The translations under genes and the position numbers were made by a program. From the human T2T-CHM13v2.0 reference genome, Homo sapiens, in the NCBI RefSeq assembly GCF_009914755.1, contig NC_060929.1: 64,000 nucleotides of DNA. One strand, given 5' to 3'. The notes under the pieces were generated by a model that had not been told where the DNA came from, ran no database searches, and saw only the letters and a program-made list of their open reading frames with translations. Positions within the stretch are counted from its first letter, which is position 1, and every line of letters begins with the position of its first letter. Of the stretch, positions 1 to 12,190 are shown piece after piece.

Positions 1-79
1 TGTGTCTTTATGATATAATAGAATGATTTATATTCCTTTGGGTATATACTCAGTAATAGGATTGCTGGGCCGAATGGTA
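1..79 (-). mobile_element. L1 (L1PA/PB-like) ORF2 3'-region fragment
   Basis: TAGAATGATTTATATTCCTTTGGGTATATA..CAGTAAT..GGATT matches the L1 segment also seen at 48200-48250. Confidence 0.8.
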
Positions 80-85
80 AAAAAG

Positions 86-540
86 ATATTTTTGTAAATT
101 TAGTGTACCGTTAAGTGTACAGTGTTTATAAAGTCTATAGTAGTGTATAGTAATGTTCTGGGCCTTTATATTCATTCACCACTCACTCACTCAGAGCAGC
201 TTCTACTCCTGCAAGCTTCATTCATGGTAAGTGTCCTATACAGAGGTCACTTTTTTTCCTCTTTTATTTTGTATTTTTACTGTGCTTTTTCTGTGTTTAC
301 ATATGCTTAGATACAAAAATGCTTGCCATTGTGTTACAATTGCCCACAGTGTTCAGTGCAGTAGCAAGCTGTACAGGTTTGTAGTCTAGGAGCAATAGAA
401 TATACCATATAACCTAGGTGTATACTAAGCTATACCACCCAGGTGTATCTAAGTACACTCTACAATGTTTGCACAATGACAAAATTGCCTAATGATATAT
501 TTCTCAGATTGTATGCCTCTCATTAAGTGATGCATGACTG
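86..540 (+). mobile_element. Tigger3/Golem-like DNA transposon (terminal part)
   Basis: Characteristic GTGTACAGTGTTTATAAAGTC...GTACACTCT..ATGTT.GCACAA; ends in TIR-like TTAAGTGATGCATGACTG followed by TA. Confidence 0.8.
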
Positions 541-2390
541 TATTTAGGTTAGATGGATATGTAAGCTAAAAATACATGGGGGTGGAGAATTTTGCATTAA
601 TGTACTTTTTAAACAAAGAAATATATATTTATCATTTATGGATGAAATAGTTTCTTTTTAAAAATGCCATTCCAATTGGCACAATTAATATTCAAAATTT
701 CACAGCACACTTTTTTACTTTTTTTTTTTTTTTTGGTCAAACATTAGCTATAGACTCACTCCAGTTTATTTAGAGTCTTTCTAAATATGTTTTAAAATAC
801 CTGAAGTTCTACAAAAAGTGGGGAGCCTTTCAAATGCATGATAAACTAGGGTCAGTAGGTTTTGGAGAGTTGAAAGACATTTGAAAATATGGTAGTGGCA
901 ATGGCAGGGGTATGGGCTGATAATGAGACGGATAGAAATGAAGGATGCTACACCATTCAGGATTAAAATTCAACATTAGTTCAAGTTTTAAGACTTTTAC
1001 TCCTATGGAAAGAGTGGGGAATTGGAGTAAAATCCAAGAGAGCAGGAACTGTCTAGAAGAAAATTAGCCTGCCCAATCTCTTTGGCTTGTTTCCTCCTCC
1101 TCATGGATCCCTCTCTATTGATAAATTTTAAGTAGTGCCTATACCACACATAGGCTCCATTTTCCATCCCATGCCACATCTCGAGGGAAGAGCTATAGGA
1201 ATAATACACATAAACTAGAGTGGAATTTTGATTCCTACCACTTGGAACTTGACTAGAATGTTGAACAAACCAGATCCCATTTGGTGACTGTATACATTGG
1301 TGGAGGAAGTCAATGCTTTGAAAGGCCAATAATCACTGGACTGAAGAAACAATTTACCAGCAACGGTCACTATTAGTTATGGACAGCACAAAAAAGACCA
1401 AAGAACATCAGTACCCAAGGCCAATTTATGGAAACTAACTGAATGGCACAAAATCAACCAGAAGGAGCCCACGGTTCTGCTGACGGCAGTTGCTCTGCAG
1501 GTTTCAACCATTTAATTTTTGATCTGAGCTCCTACAGCACAGGCTCTTTGCACCTTGCCCTAGAGAATCTGAGTAAATGCGTTTTTATTTTTAGATGTTT
1601 TCTCTCTTGACATAGGGTTCCACAAATATGAAAGAGCAAGTCATCCCCCAGGCATGCTAGAAGTTGTTGTTGTCTCTTTTCTCTCCCTCTGTGGTCTCCT
1701 GCAATCACTTAAAATAATAATGTGCCAAGAAATGTTTTCCTACAGAACAGGCCACTTCTCTTGACTGGCCCTAAAATGTATGTGTGTTAAAAGGATTGAG
1801 TCTTCTTTGGAATATTAGGTTGTCCCTTTTTGATGAATTGGAAGGTGTTCCAGACTTGAGAGGCTATCTCAATTTTACAGTAAACAGCTATTTTATGAGA
1901 AAGGAAAAAAATTCCATGAGGTGTTTTTACCAAAAACGCGATTATTACCAGCCTAACAAAAGAATCCATTGTGAGGAGAAAAAGCACAGCCAACTTAATT
2001 AATATCATTTACAATCTTTACAGATGCTCACACAATGCCACATACTTCTCATGTCTACAATGAGTACTAAAGTCAAGAGTATGAAATCAAAAGGAGCTAA
2101 ATGTCTTCACAGCTTCTAAAATAATAATTCAAAATGGGACTGTCGGTATTTCAGAAACTACATGTCCCAGATTAACCTATAATATTGGGACAGAGTAAAG
2201 GGAACCTGATTCAATGATAAATTACCCACAGAACTATGTGGTGTGATAAATTGCTAACTCAACAAAGCCATCAACATATTATACTTTAAGAAAGTTTCTT
2301 GTTTCTGAAAAGAATCATCAATCAACCTTGGTACTTAGAAGAGAGTATCTTAGATATACCTCTTCTTTCTATGCCCTTCTAAAATTATTT

Positions 2391-2573
2391 TTAGCTAGGG
2401 ATGATAACCAAAAGATAATGTAGCACTGTCAAAGTGAAGACACTGATGTTTCTCAAAGGAGAGGCATTGCTATGTGGGAGACTACTTATGATCCCTTTGT
2501 TCTTGGGCTGTAGTCCCTTGTTGGCTGCAGAGTCCAGGGTTCAATCAGAGATGTTCACATTATACCAAGAGGC
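2391..2573 (+). repeat. 183-bp dispersed duplication, copy 1 (structured-RNA candidate)
   Basis: Ungapped alignment to 3491-3673 at offset 1100; 23 mismatches by hand count (~87%). Confidence 0.95.
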
Positions 2574-3069
2574 AAGAGATTTCTTTCCTTCATGGTTTCA
2601 TGACACCTTTTAAGATGCTCAATTCATGCTTATGCCAGCAACCCTGGCCCCTAAAGAACACAATTAGAAATACGTTGTTCTGTTCATATTCAGTCAAAGA
2701 TGCTATCTTGTCCAGCCCCTGCCTTTAAGCAAGTGAAGCATTATTCATTCCACTTAATAGCTGAAAGAAGTGGTTCCAAGAGCATATCTTTTGCCAGAAT
2801 CCATTTGCCCTGATGCCCAATCCAATGTGTCTTCTGCTAAAGCAAAGCCAACAGCAATTAATAGACAGGGTTTTTATGGTGTCCCTTCATATAATCCTGT
2901 AGCCATAACTTGATTGAGTTTCAAAATCATCTAGGTAAACCATGAGCAAAATCGTGTGTAAAAATCATGTAGAATGCTTAAAGTGCAAAAAGCAGGAGAG
3001 AGTTGTTAATAGCGCAGACTATGTCATCATGATACTTAGACATCATCTGATTAAGCCAGTAATAAAATG

Positions 3070-3235
3070 TGTAATCTTAGAAAGTGATTTACCCTTTCTG
3101 TGCCTCAGGTTGCTAATCTATGACATGAGAATATTAATGGTATATACATCATAAGGTCATTGTAAAAATTAAATGAGAAAGCATGCAGTTAGCCCTAAGT
3201 GCTGTACCTGGCATATAATAAATGCTCAATTAATA
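3070..3235 (+). mobile_element. MIR SINE
   Basis: TCTGTGCCTCAG.TT...ATTAAATGAGA...CCTGGCATATAATAAATGCTCAA. Confidence 0.7.
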
Positions 3236-3490
3236 CAGCTATTAATATACAATGAGAGTGTTCATTAGCAAGTACTCTCATTCTCATAGCAAATACACTG
3301 AAAAATAGCATCATGGCTTAAATACTTCATAAAGAAGAATACTGCTGCCTCAGTTTACACTTTGCTTCCCCGGCTCAGAAGTGTCATATTTACACTTTTT
3401 CTTGCTTTGAGTTTAGTAACCATCTCTTCATATCAAGGGATGAAAATGACTATCATTGTTCAACCCATTCAGCTGAGATTAGAAAAAGAT

Positions 3491-3673
3491 TTAACCAGGG
3501 ATGATAAGCAAAAGAAAACGTACCATTGTCAAAGTGAAGACACTGATGTTTGTCAAAGGACAGACATCACTATGTGGGAGACTACCTATGATCCCTTTGT
3601 TCTTGGGCTATAATTTCTTGATGGCTGCAGAGTTCAGGGTTTAACCAGAAATGTTAACATTATACCAAGAGGC
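3491..3673 (+). repeat. 183-bp dispersed duplication, copy 2
   Basis: Ungapped match to 2391-2573. Confidence 0.95.
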
Positions 3674-3804
3674 GACTTGACCAACACTACTAACTCATTG
3701 GAACTTCTCAGAATACACAAGGAATCCCTCTTTTATATGTCACAGTAACTATTCATGACTCATTTATTATATCCTAAAAAACTTTTCAGTATCTCAAAAT
3801 ATTG

Positions 3805-3960
3805 GTCTTTGGACTCAGTGAGAAGTGGGTTCAAATCCTAACTGCAGCTTACTAGCTATATAACCTAGGGCAACTCACATCTTCTCTATGAGCCTCAATT
3901 TTCCCATTTATAAATGGACATAAGTATAACATAGTATATTGTTATAAGAAGTAAATAACT
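3805..3960 (+). mobile_element. MIR SINE
   Basis: GGGTTCAAATCC...CTTACTAGCT...GGGCAA...GAGCCTCAATTTTCCCATTTATAAATGG. Confidence 0.7.
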
Positions 3961-4023
3961 CATTCATACTTAATTACTCTCTATCAACATCATCATTATC
4001 ACCAACTACTCAAAAGTAAGTAT

Positions 4024-4148
4024 GGCCAGGTGCAGTGGCTCACACCTTTAATCCAAGGTGGGAAGATCACTTAGCTCCAGGAGTTTGAGACCAGCCTGGG
4101 AAACATAGTGAGACTCTATCTCCACAACAACAACAACAACAACAACAA
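4024..4148 (+). mobile_element. Alu monomer (FLAM-like) with (CAA)n tail
   Basis: GGCCAGGTGCAGTGGCTCAC...GAGTTTGAGACCAGCCTGGG..AACATAGTGAGAC; single arm with internal deletion. Confidence 0.85.
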
Positions 4149-5265
4149 AGGAATAAGCTTAAGAAAACACTATGCAACATATTTTCCAATGTAACACTGG
4201 CAAATGATTCCTCAAACATTGTGTCTGTATATCTTTTTACATTTCTTCAACTTGATGGTGTCATTTGAATTATAACCTTGATGTTTAACAAGCTCATCAT
4301 CTCCCTGGACACATTTGTTGTCAAAGAAAGAGCTCACAATTTCAGTATTGCATTTGGAATCTCAGAATTTAATTTTACAAATAAAAATCAGATGCATACA
4401 ATTCCTCCATGTATCTTTACTAAGCCTTATATGGACTCTCTTGAGAGTTATCACCATCAGATTTTGCTGTTGCTCCAGGTGGCCAAAGTTGTCCTCTCTA
4501 TTCCAAACTGTTGCCAGAAGTTGGTCTACATGCAGAGTTCCAAAATCACATAATCCCCAAACTCAAAGATATTACTTCAAACATCACCATCAGTACCACT
4601 ACTTTATAATGGGTTTAATTATTTTTAAGCATGGCCTCATCAGAGGTTTTAAAATATCTTTAAAAGAAAATTTTGTGAAACCACTTATTTATTTAAAGAT
4701 TAAGGGACAAACAAAAAATATAATCACAATCTATTTTATTTTATAAATCCTTAATTTGTGATTTTGTTTAAAATATGAAATCAATAACCCTAAACTCATG
4801 TGTCCTTCAATTACCTGGAAATATGATCACAATTTGAATCTCATGAATGTTTTAGAACGAAAGAGAATCAAACAACTGCATTTATTAGAAACACATTGCA
4901 TAAAAAAAATTTCTAGTCAACACACTGGAAAACATAAAGAATGTAAAATTAGTCCTACCTTAAGGAAATAATACATAGACATACCCAAGAGGATTTGTAA
5001 GGCAACATATTTTGAATATGTGAGCTGACATCATGTGGAGGAGACAGAACTGAAGAAGAAAATTGAGGAGGCAAATGTCGAAAGAAGTAAAGCCTCCACT
5101 GACAAACAAGAATGGGTTTGCTTCTTGGGAAGAATGTATGTGCAAACATACTGAGGTAGAGACAAGAAAGTTTATTTCTAAAGTGTTTAACAATATTATA
5201 GAATCCAAAATTCATGTTGAATTTCACATACGTATATCTACACACACATACACACATGCACCCAC

Positions 5266-5425
5266 ATGGTAACTATGTAGAAGTGATAGATATGTTAATT
5301 AGCTGGAATGTAATCATTTCATAATAAATACATAGAATAAAACATCAAGTTGTACACTTTAAATATATACAATTTGTATATGTCAAGGATATCTCAATAA
5401 AGCTATTTTTAAAATAAAATAAAAT
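5266..5425 (+). mobile_element. L1MA-type 3' end
   Basis: GGTAACTATGT..GATATGTTAATTAGCT...CTCAATAAAGCT followed by an A-rich tail. Confidence 0.75.
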
Positions 5426-5496
5426 TCACACAGAAAAGATGGCCAAAAAGAATTAAGATTTACTTCTGCATGTAATAAGAAGTTATTATAGAGTCA

Positions 5497-5541
5497 AAGA
5501 AAGAAAAAGAAAGAAAGAAAGAATGAATGAAAGAAAGAAAG

Positions 5542-5572
<31 letters not shown>

Positions 5573-5606
5573 AAAGAAAAGAAAGAGAGAAAGAGAAAAA
5601 AGAAAA
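5497..5606 (+). repeat. (GAAA)n-type polypurine microsatellite
   Basis: Directly visible. Confidence 0.95.
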
Positions 5607-6599
5607 CACAACAAAATCATATTTGGAAAAACCTCTTCTATCCTCAAATCATTTCTACACAAAACTTTCGCTATTAAGGTAAAAGAGCTATTATTTTCTT
5701 TGCTATAGGACAATTTTTGTGGCAGCGGCGATATCTGAACTATTTTCAAGTATTTCATGCAAGACAAAAAAAGTATTAAAAATAAAACTATCTGCATGCT
5801 TTGATGTAGTTTGTAAAGTGTCTGTCCTGTTTTCAAAGGAGCCCTTAGCTTATGATGTATCTGAAGGCATTTAGCATTTAGTTATCTGATAAAATGACAA
5901 AGGACTGAAATAGACTGCAGAGATCTTATATTGACTTTTGTTACATCCAGGGATTTGAGAGGTGAAGTCATGCTAGAGAAAGCACTTCTGCCAGTAGATG
6001 CTGACAGATTCAGCAGCTCCTCAGACAAAATGGACATTTCTCTGTCAATATGAGTCCTCAACTCTGTGAAGTGTCTCAAGCAATCCCAGCTGCAGAAGGA
6101 TGTCTGCAGAAGGATGCCAAGTACAGACACAATCTGTCCCCTCTCCTAAAATGAGGTTGATTCTCATTATTCTTAAGGAGTCACAGACAAGCTGTTATCA
6201 ATTTGCTCAAGTGAGGAGCAAACCATAGCGAGCTGTTGCGACACTTAACATCTAGGAAAGCAACATAAACCAAATGTGCCCACAGCCCCAACGTACCAGC
6301 AATTTCTGGACCTATCTAATAATAGTTGAGACAAAGGGAAGAATGAAGCCTGCCACACACACCTCACTCGCCAGGCCTTGCTTTTGCAATAATGAACTAA
6401 CAGAAAGAGGGGACTGTTTAGTAACTCAGCTCCCTCCTCATTATTGCATTGCAAAACAGTCCACAGAACAAGCTACTCCAGCTGCCTGCCGATGGTGATT
6501 TTACCCTGTTTCATACACTATCCTTGGGCATCAGCAATGCAGTGGTGTGTGAATATACAGTCCCTGCAGGAAATAGCATGTTTTATGGAATGAAGCATT

Positions 6600-7330
6600 C
6601 ATACAATTCAATAAGAAAAATAAATAGAAAGACATAAATGGACCATTCACAAAAGAACAAAAATGACAAGTATGAGAAAAGATTTGACCTCAGTAATAAG
6701 ACCAAAAAATACCCTCAGAAATTAAACAAAATAATAAAGCATTTTCCCATTAAAATCAGTCAATATTTTAAAAAGTAAAAAAAATGTTCTTTGCTGGTGA
6801 ACTTGCAATGAATTTGGAATGTTCATACATTGTTTGATATAGCAAATATTGACACATACTTTTGAAAAGCAGTTTGCCAATAAGTGTTTGATGCTTTGAA
6901 AATATTCAAAAGGAAAAATATAAAAATATTCCTGTTTAAAAATGTCTACTCCAGCTCTTGCATATAAATAAATAAATAATGAAGGCAAAACCTCATAAGA
7001 AACATAATAATAAAATAATAAATGTTTAAGGAAACCATGCAGAAACAATTAAAAATTCTGTTAGTGAAAACTATATTACTTAAGACTTCTATGATTTTAA
7101 AAATTTTATTGTAAAAATATTTCCTATATACAAAAGAGCAAATATAACTATCATAAACACTTTCTATAACATAGTTTCAAATGAAAAAAATCAGGACACA
7201 AAATTATATATACAATATGATTACAACTATACATAAAAATTATCTTTGCAGGAAATATGTCTAGAGAGAAATAACCTGAAGTCTTAACAATGGCTATTCT
7301 TTGGTAGTGAAATGATAGGGTTTTTTCCCC
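6600..7330 (+). mobile_element. Highly degenerate old L1 (L1ME-like) 3' region
   Basis: A-rich remnants such as CATTCACAAAAGAA, TTGCTGGTG and CTTTGAAAAGCAGTTTG. Confidence 0.5.
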
Positions 7331-8549
7331 TACTTTCAAAACATTAATTTCTGCTACATATAAGCTCATCATATTTACTATCTCTATCTTCAGATGCTAA
7401 ATTGGAAAAAATGTCTGAGCCACTATAGTCATCTTTTTATTTTTCAACATTTATTGAGTTCTTCCTATAATTATAAAACACTAGGTATCAATGGAGAAAT
7501 AAATGTATATAAGACATATTTTATGCTTTCCAGAAGCTTATAAGAAATACAACAGGTAATGGAACAGCAAAGTAGAAAAACAAACTCATCATAAATTTAA
7601 TGAATTGAATTTGTATGTACACAGTGGCATTGTACAAGGTGAACGATGAAGAAAATGTCGTGGCATTTTGTCCATTCCTCATATATTGGTAATCTGGACA
7701 AACTTCTCCAATTAATAATTTCACATTATCAGACAGAATCAAGGTAATAGGCAAATTTATCGAGACCAAAGAAAGAAGCCAGTAAGAACCACCTGCAAAG
7801 CTGTACTCTGCCCTTTTTTAACCTACCTGTGGTTATCTATGAGTAATTTTATTCTTATGTTATCTTTATAACCTTAGAAACTCACAGATTCCTGATCATA
7901 GATATCATCTTGACTACAGTTTCCACTCATTTCAAAAATTCACTCTATAATAACATTTTCTGTGATAGGGAAGCTGAAAACTTTCAAGGCAGTGCCTTCC
8001 ACTTATGGACAGTTTGACTCATTCTACACATCTTCCAGGTATAAGCACAGGAATAGACCCTCTTTACACAAGGCAAATAAGGAAAGGCTCCTGCCCTCAA
8101 AGAGTTCATGATGCAGAAAGGTACACGTGGAATGCATAAACTCATCCACAGTCAAGAGCCCTGAGTGACCTCCTGGGTGTTTTACTGTATTTCTGGGATG
8201 GGCACCAAGGAAAGTGGCTACTTCTGCTTTGCAGATGAGCCTGGTCAAGGGTTAGCGGCACTAAAGCATTAAAAAGAGAAAAAAAAAGGAACTATAGTTG
8301 TATACTTTCAGGAAACGCCTCTTAAAGATCTGAAGATTTACAATTCTTTTTTTTTTAAGCCAAAATATGTGAAAGACTCACATGCTTCAGCAAAGAAATC
8401 TATTTAGGTTCATTTAATCTTTGCCTCCCCATCCCCTCCCAACCACCACCACCTATTTTTAAATGGGACCATTTTTCATGTTATATCTGTTAACATCCCA
8501 TGGAAAACCCATTGGAAAAAGCTGCTCTGAATCTGGCCACACATCTGAT

Positions 8550-8650
8550 AGTGATAAACTGAGGCTCAGAGGCCTCTGAGCTCAGTAAATTACCCGCCCA
8601 AAGTCATACCAGTAGCTGTGACAGAATCATGGTTGGAGCCCAGGATACTG
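8550..8650 (-). mobile_element. MIR containing a fold-back palindrome
   Basis: AAACTGAGGCTCAGAG...GCCCAAAGTCATAC...GAGCCCAGG. Confidence 0.7.
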
Positions 8651-10221
8651 AGTCATATCCATGCTAATCCTATGTCCTATACATCATAGACCCTGTCACA
8701 CTTTTTATTTTTTAAAAAAATCACATATTTTGGATATTAACTGACAGAACCAGCATATTTTAACACAGAGCAGGGGAATACTAGCAATGCAAAGAGTAGG
8801 CAAAAAATATGAAGGTCTAAAGTGAATATAAGTCAACAACACAACATGAATTTATAATAAAAGAAACTTATAATCTCAATCTGGAAGAGAGAAGACCAAC
8901 CAGTCACAATTAAGGGACTGAACTAATTGTTCCCTAAGGCGGTCATGTTCTCTAAATATCTGTCAATCTGCTCAAGTGCCATGTAAAATGACTTTACATG
9001 GATGCAGCGCTGTTTATATAAAGTTGATCATCCCTATGGAGAAGATGAACAATCAAAATAAACAACAGAGTCCTTCTCTGAAAACCCTCTAATTTCACAA
9101 TGAGTTCCTAAGGGACCATGTGTCTTCTGTACTAGAAGTTTCATTTAAAAACAGGATAGATTAACATCTACTGGGAAAGGTATAAGAATAGTCTTGCCAA
9201 AAGGAAAAGAGATAGACTTGATAAAATTTCAAAGTCATTGCCAACCTTACAAGACAGCCTGTGAGTCAGAGGATGGCCATCCTGTTTATATGCCACCCAG
9301 AGACTGTCTCTCATTCTCCTTATTTTTCTCATATTTTGATCATTTTATTGTTTACTGGAATTTTGTCTACCCTATGGGAAGACATAAAAATGAAGGAAGA
9401 CTGGAAACATTATTATATTGAATTCTTTGCTAGAGATATTTATTTTATTGAACATAGGATACAATAGGAGAAGGTAAAAATTACAGCTAAAATATGGTTT
9501 AGATTACATGTGCATTGTTCCATACCATTTCTTGATCAAATTAGAAACAACCTTGAATGTTTGGATGGTAATCACTGACCAGGTTATGTTTGAGAAGAGT
9601 TGCTTTAGTTAATTTTCCAAACTTAGATTTTCAGAATCAATTTTCCTACGCCAAATCAGACCTGAAAACAATTTGAACTGATTCTCCTTCTCCCTTATAT
9701 CTTCCCCCTACATCTCTTTTTGTAATCTGCAACTAAAAGGAAGTACTTCTGAGAAGGCTTTAGAGGAATTTCAATATGTAATTAAATTGGTACCTTTCTA
9801 TTCCATTTAACTTTTAATTAAAATAATATAAAAACAATCACAACACTAACATTTCTTTCATTTAAAATAAGAATATGTATGTTTTTGGCTTATCTGAATT
9901 AATTAGCACTGATGGTCTTTGATTACTTTTGCTCATAATGAAAGAAAGAGGTGGGCTGAGTTTAGCACTTACAACCTAAAGATAATGCCCAAGGTTTAAA
10001 TTTTAATGATTTTTTAAAAAAATCAATTTGCATTGATCGGGCTTAAGTCCTCCTGTAAGTACTAGTCAAAAATAAAAGTCTCTTCAATTAAGTATTATCA
10101 GAAAGAAGAAATTACCAATCTCCTGGGCCACAAGTGTGCATGAAACAGATAAAAATGATGTTTCTGCAGTTTGTTATTTCCTTGAACATCCCCCAACCCT
10201 GTATCCTGCATCATATTGACC

Positions 10222-10240
10222 AGAGGAAGTGAAATCCCCC
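10222..10240 (+). promoter_or_regulatory. ETS-IRF composite (GGAAGTGAAA) overlapping a kB-like site (GGGATTTCAC on minus)
   Basis: AGAGGAAGTGAAATCCCCC; motif match only. Confidence 0.35.
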
Positions 10241-10669
10241 TGTGACCTGTTGGCACTAATCATGTCCCATAACTAGGCAGTTGACAGAACCAAATTTCAG
10301 TTTGTGTAATACTTGAGAACTTACCCCCAAGTCTTTCTAGTCTCTTCACCAACCTTCTACCTCAGCGTAAGAAAGAACAGGGGAGATTATAAGCAAGCTA
10401 AAGTCCTTCTAATCTACCCTCACCACCCACAAAGCCTACTATCACCTGGATTTGGCAATAACTATGACTGAATTACGGCCCTGAAATTGACCCCACGAAA
10501 TAACACCAATGTAGAATGGTTAGTCAACTACACCTGAGTTGCTCCCGTCCCTCAAACACTGGAAAGAATGCTTGGTCTGATAACTAATTTAAATTATTTT
10601 TGTAGTTGGACCAAAAGACCTTGGGCAAACATAAATCAAAACATGAGCAAAACACAGCTTTTAAGAACA

Positions 10670-10830
10670 GAAACTTTTGGAATCAGGCAAACTTAAGTTC
10701 AAATCCTGACACTTACACTTGTTCTGGGACCTTAGACAAGTGTACTTCTGAGCCTCGGCTTCTTCCTGTAAAGCAGGGATCCTGGTAGTTCCTCACATGT
10801 CAGTACTTATTCAGTGGTAACTATTATCAT
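10670..10830 (+). mobile_element. MIR SINE
   Basis: GGAATCAGGCAAACTTAAGTTCAAATCCTG...GACCTTAGACAAGT...CTGAGCCTCGG. Confidence 0.7.
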
Positions 10831-11135
10831 CACTGTCTTCTTAGCAGAACATTCCCAGGACACAGAAAGCCTCTCTTTATTTTACACCCAATATCCTGCA
10901 GAGAAGGTGTTTCCTGCCCTGTGACTTAACCTTAAAATACAATGATTTAACAAAAGTACGTGATGAGACTAAGATCTCCATTTTCAGCATAATTGAAGTC
11001 ACATTACAGAAACTAGAAATCACTTCATAAAATGCACTGATGATGTACATTTATTTTTCAACACTACTTTCTAGCTTTGTCAGCACAACCTCAGCGAGGG
11101 TTCCTCCCATATGACAGGGTATTGTTTCACACTAA

Positions 11136-11161
11136 GGGTGGGGATAGGGGAAGGGTTAGGG
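11136..11161 (+). other. G-quadruplex motif (five G-tracts)
   Basis: GGGTGGGGATAGGGGAAGGGTTAGGG. Confidence 0.6.
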
Positions 11162-11361
11162 AGAATAGAGAGTGGAGAAAAATGCAGTTGGAATCAAAGT
11201 AAGGTTTGCCTCAACTTTCTAATTATCTGTACTTTGGGAACCACCACCTATTTGTGCAAGAAGGAAAGGCAGTTTGGATAGGGGAGGAAAAAGAGCAGCA
11301 AAGGAGAAATCACTACATATTATAAACAAAAACTCAGTCTTCACGATTGACAGCTTCTCAT

Positions 11362-11568
11362 GGGACTTCCCTGGGGAGCCAATTAGTGCTGGTTGCTGAA
11401 GTGGGTTTGGTCCTATAAACCTCTGTGCTAACGCCCACCTGTGCTGCACCAACCTCCAATGGAGCCGCAAAGCCTCTGTTAATGAGGCTTAGGACCAATC
11501 ATCCCACAGAGAGAGTTCTGCTAAGGGCTCCAAAGCAGATGTCTTAGGGTAACCGTCAGGGAATCTCC
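11362..11568 (+). promoter_or_regulatory. Putative promoter/enhancer: kB, CCAAT, TATA, kB
   Basis: GGGACTTCCC 11362-11371, CCAAT 11379-11383, TATAAA 11414-11419, GGGAATCTCC 11559-11568; motif matches only. Confidence 0.35.
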
Positions 11569-12190
11569 CTTAAATTCCATTGCCTGGTTGGAAACTAAGA
11601 CATTTTAAAATAATGATTTGATTTATTCTTTCTGCACCTCTTTTTCTTTGTTCCTTAACACCTGAGACAACCGTGACCACAGCCTCCATGTAAATTCTAA
11701 TCCATTGCCCGTCTAGCGGCTGGGTGACGCCACAAGGAGCAGAGAAGAAATCTAGGCAAAGAACAAGTGACAATTAGTAACATCTCTAGAATCATTGTCT
11801 CCAGTAGCAGTGGGAGATGCAGTTAAAACTAGCTCTACACAACAGTTAAAGCAGAGTTTAGCAACATCTGGGAAGTTGCCTGATTGCTCTTGCAATAAAA
11901 TGCTTCATGGTTTCTGTTGCTTCAATACACAGAGCTCAGGAGGCCTTGTGAACCCGTTTAATGTAAGCTCAAACAAACTGACACCAGTTTTGTTATTTTG
12001 TCTCCTATGAACAACATTCACCCTTATAGAGGCATACCTACCTGGTTCCTGCTATCAAAAAATCAAGCAATGAAAACCTATTATGAAAAATAAACACCTA
12101 TTATGAGCAGAGCACTGTATAAGGCACCCTGGAAAGAAAAGAAAATTCCTCAAAGTCCTTGGCTTTGAGAAGCAAAAATTAGTAAAATTA

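Noticed and set aside
1003-1329. 108-aa minus-strand ORF
   Set aside because: Non-ATG start, no recognisable domain, no convincing splice boundaries
2444-2469. SECIS element or pre-miRNA
   Set aside because: No 3' GA of the SECIS quartet; stems too short for a pre-miRNA
4278-4746. Overlapping 91- and 143-aa plus-strand ORFs
   Set aside because: Composition reflects AT-rich DNA; no recognisable homology
5486-5836. Hydrophobic and basic ORFs
   Set aside because: Translations of the (GAAA)n microsatellite
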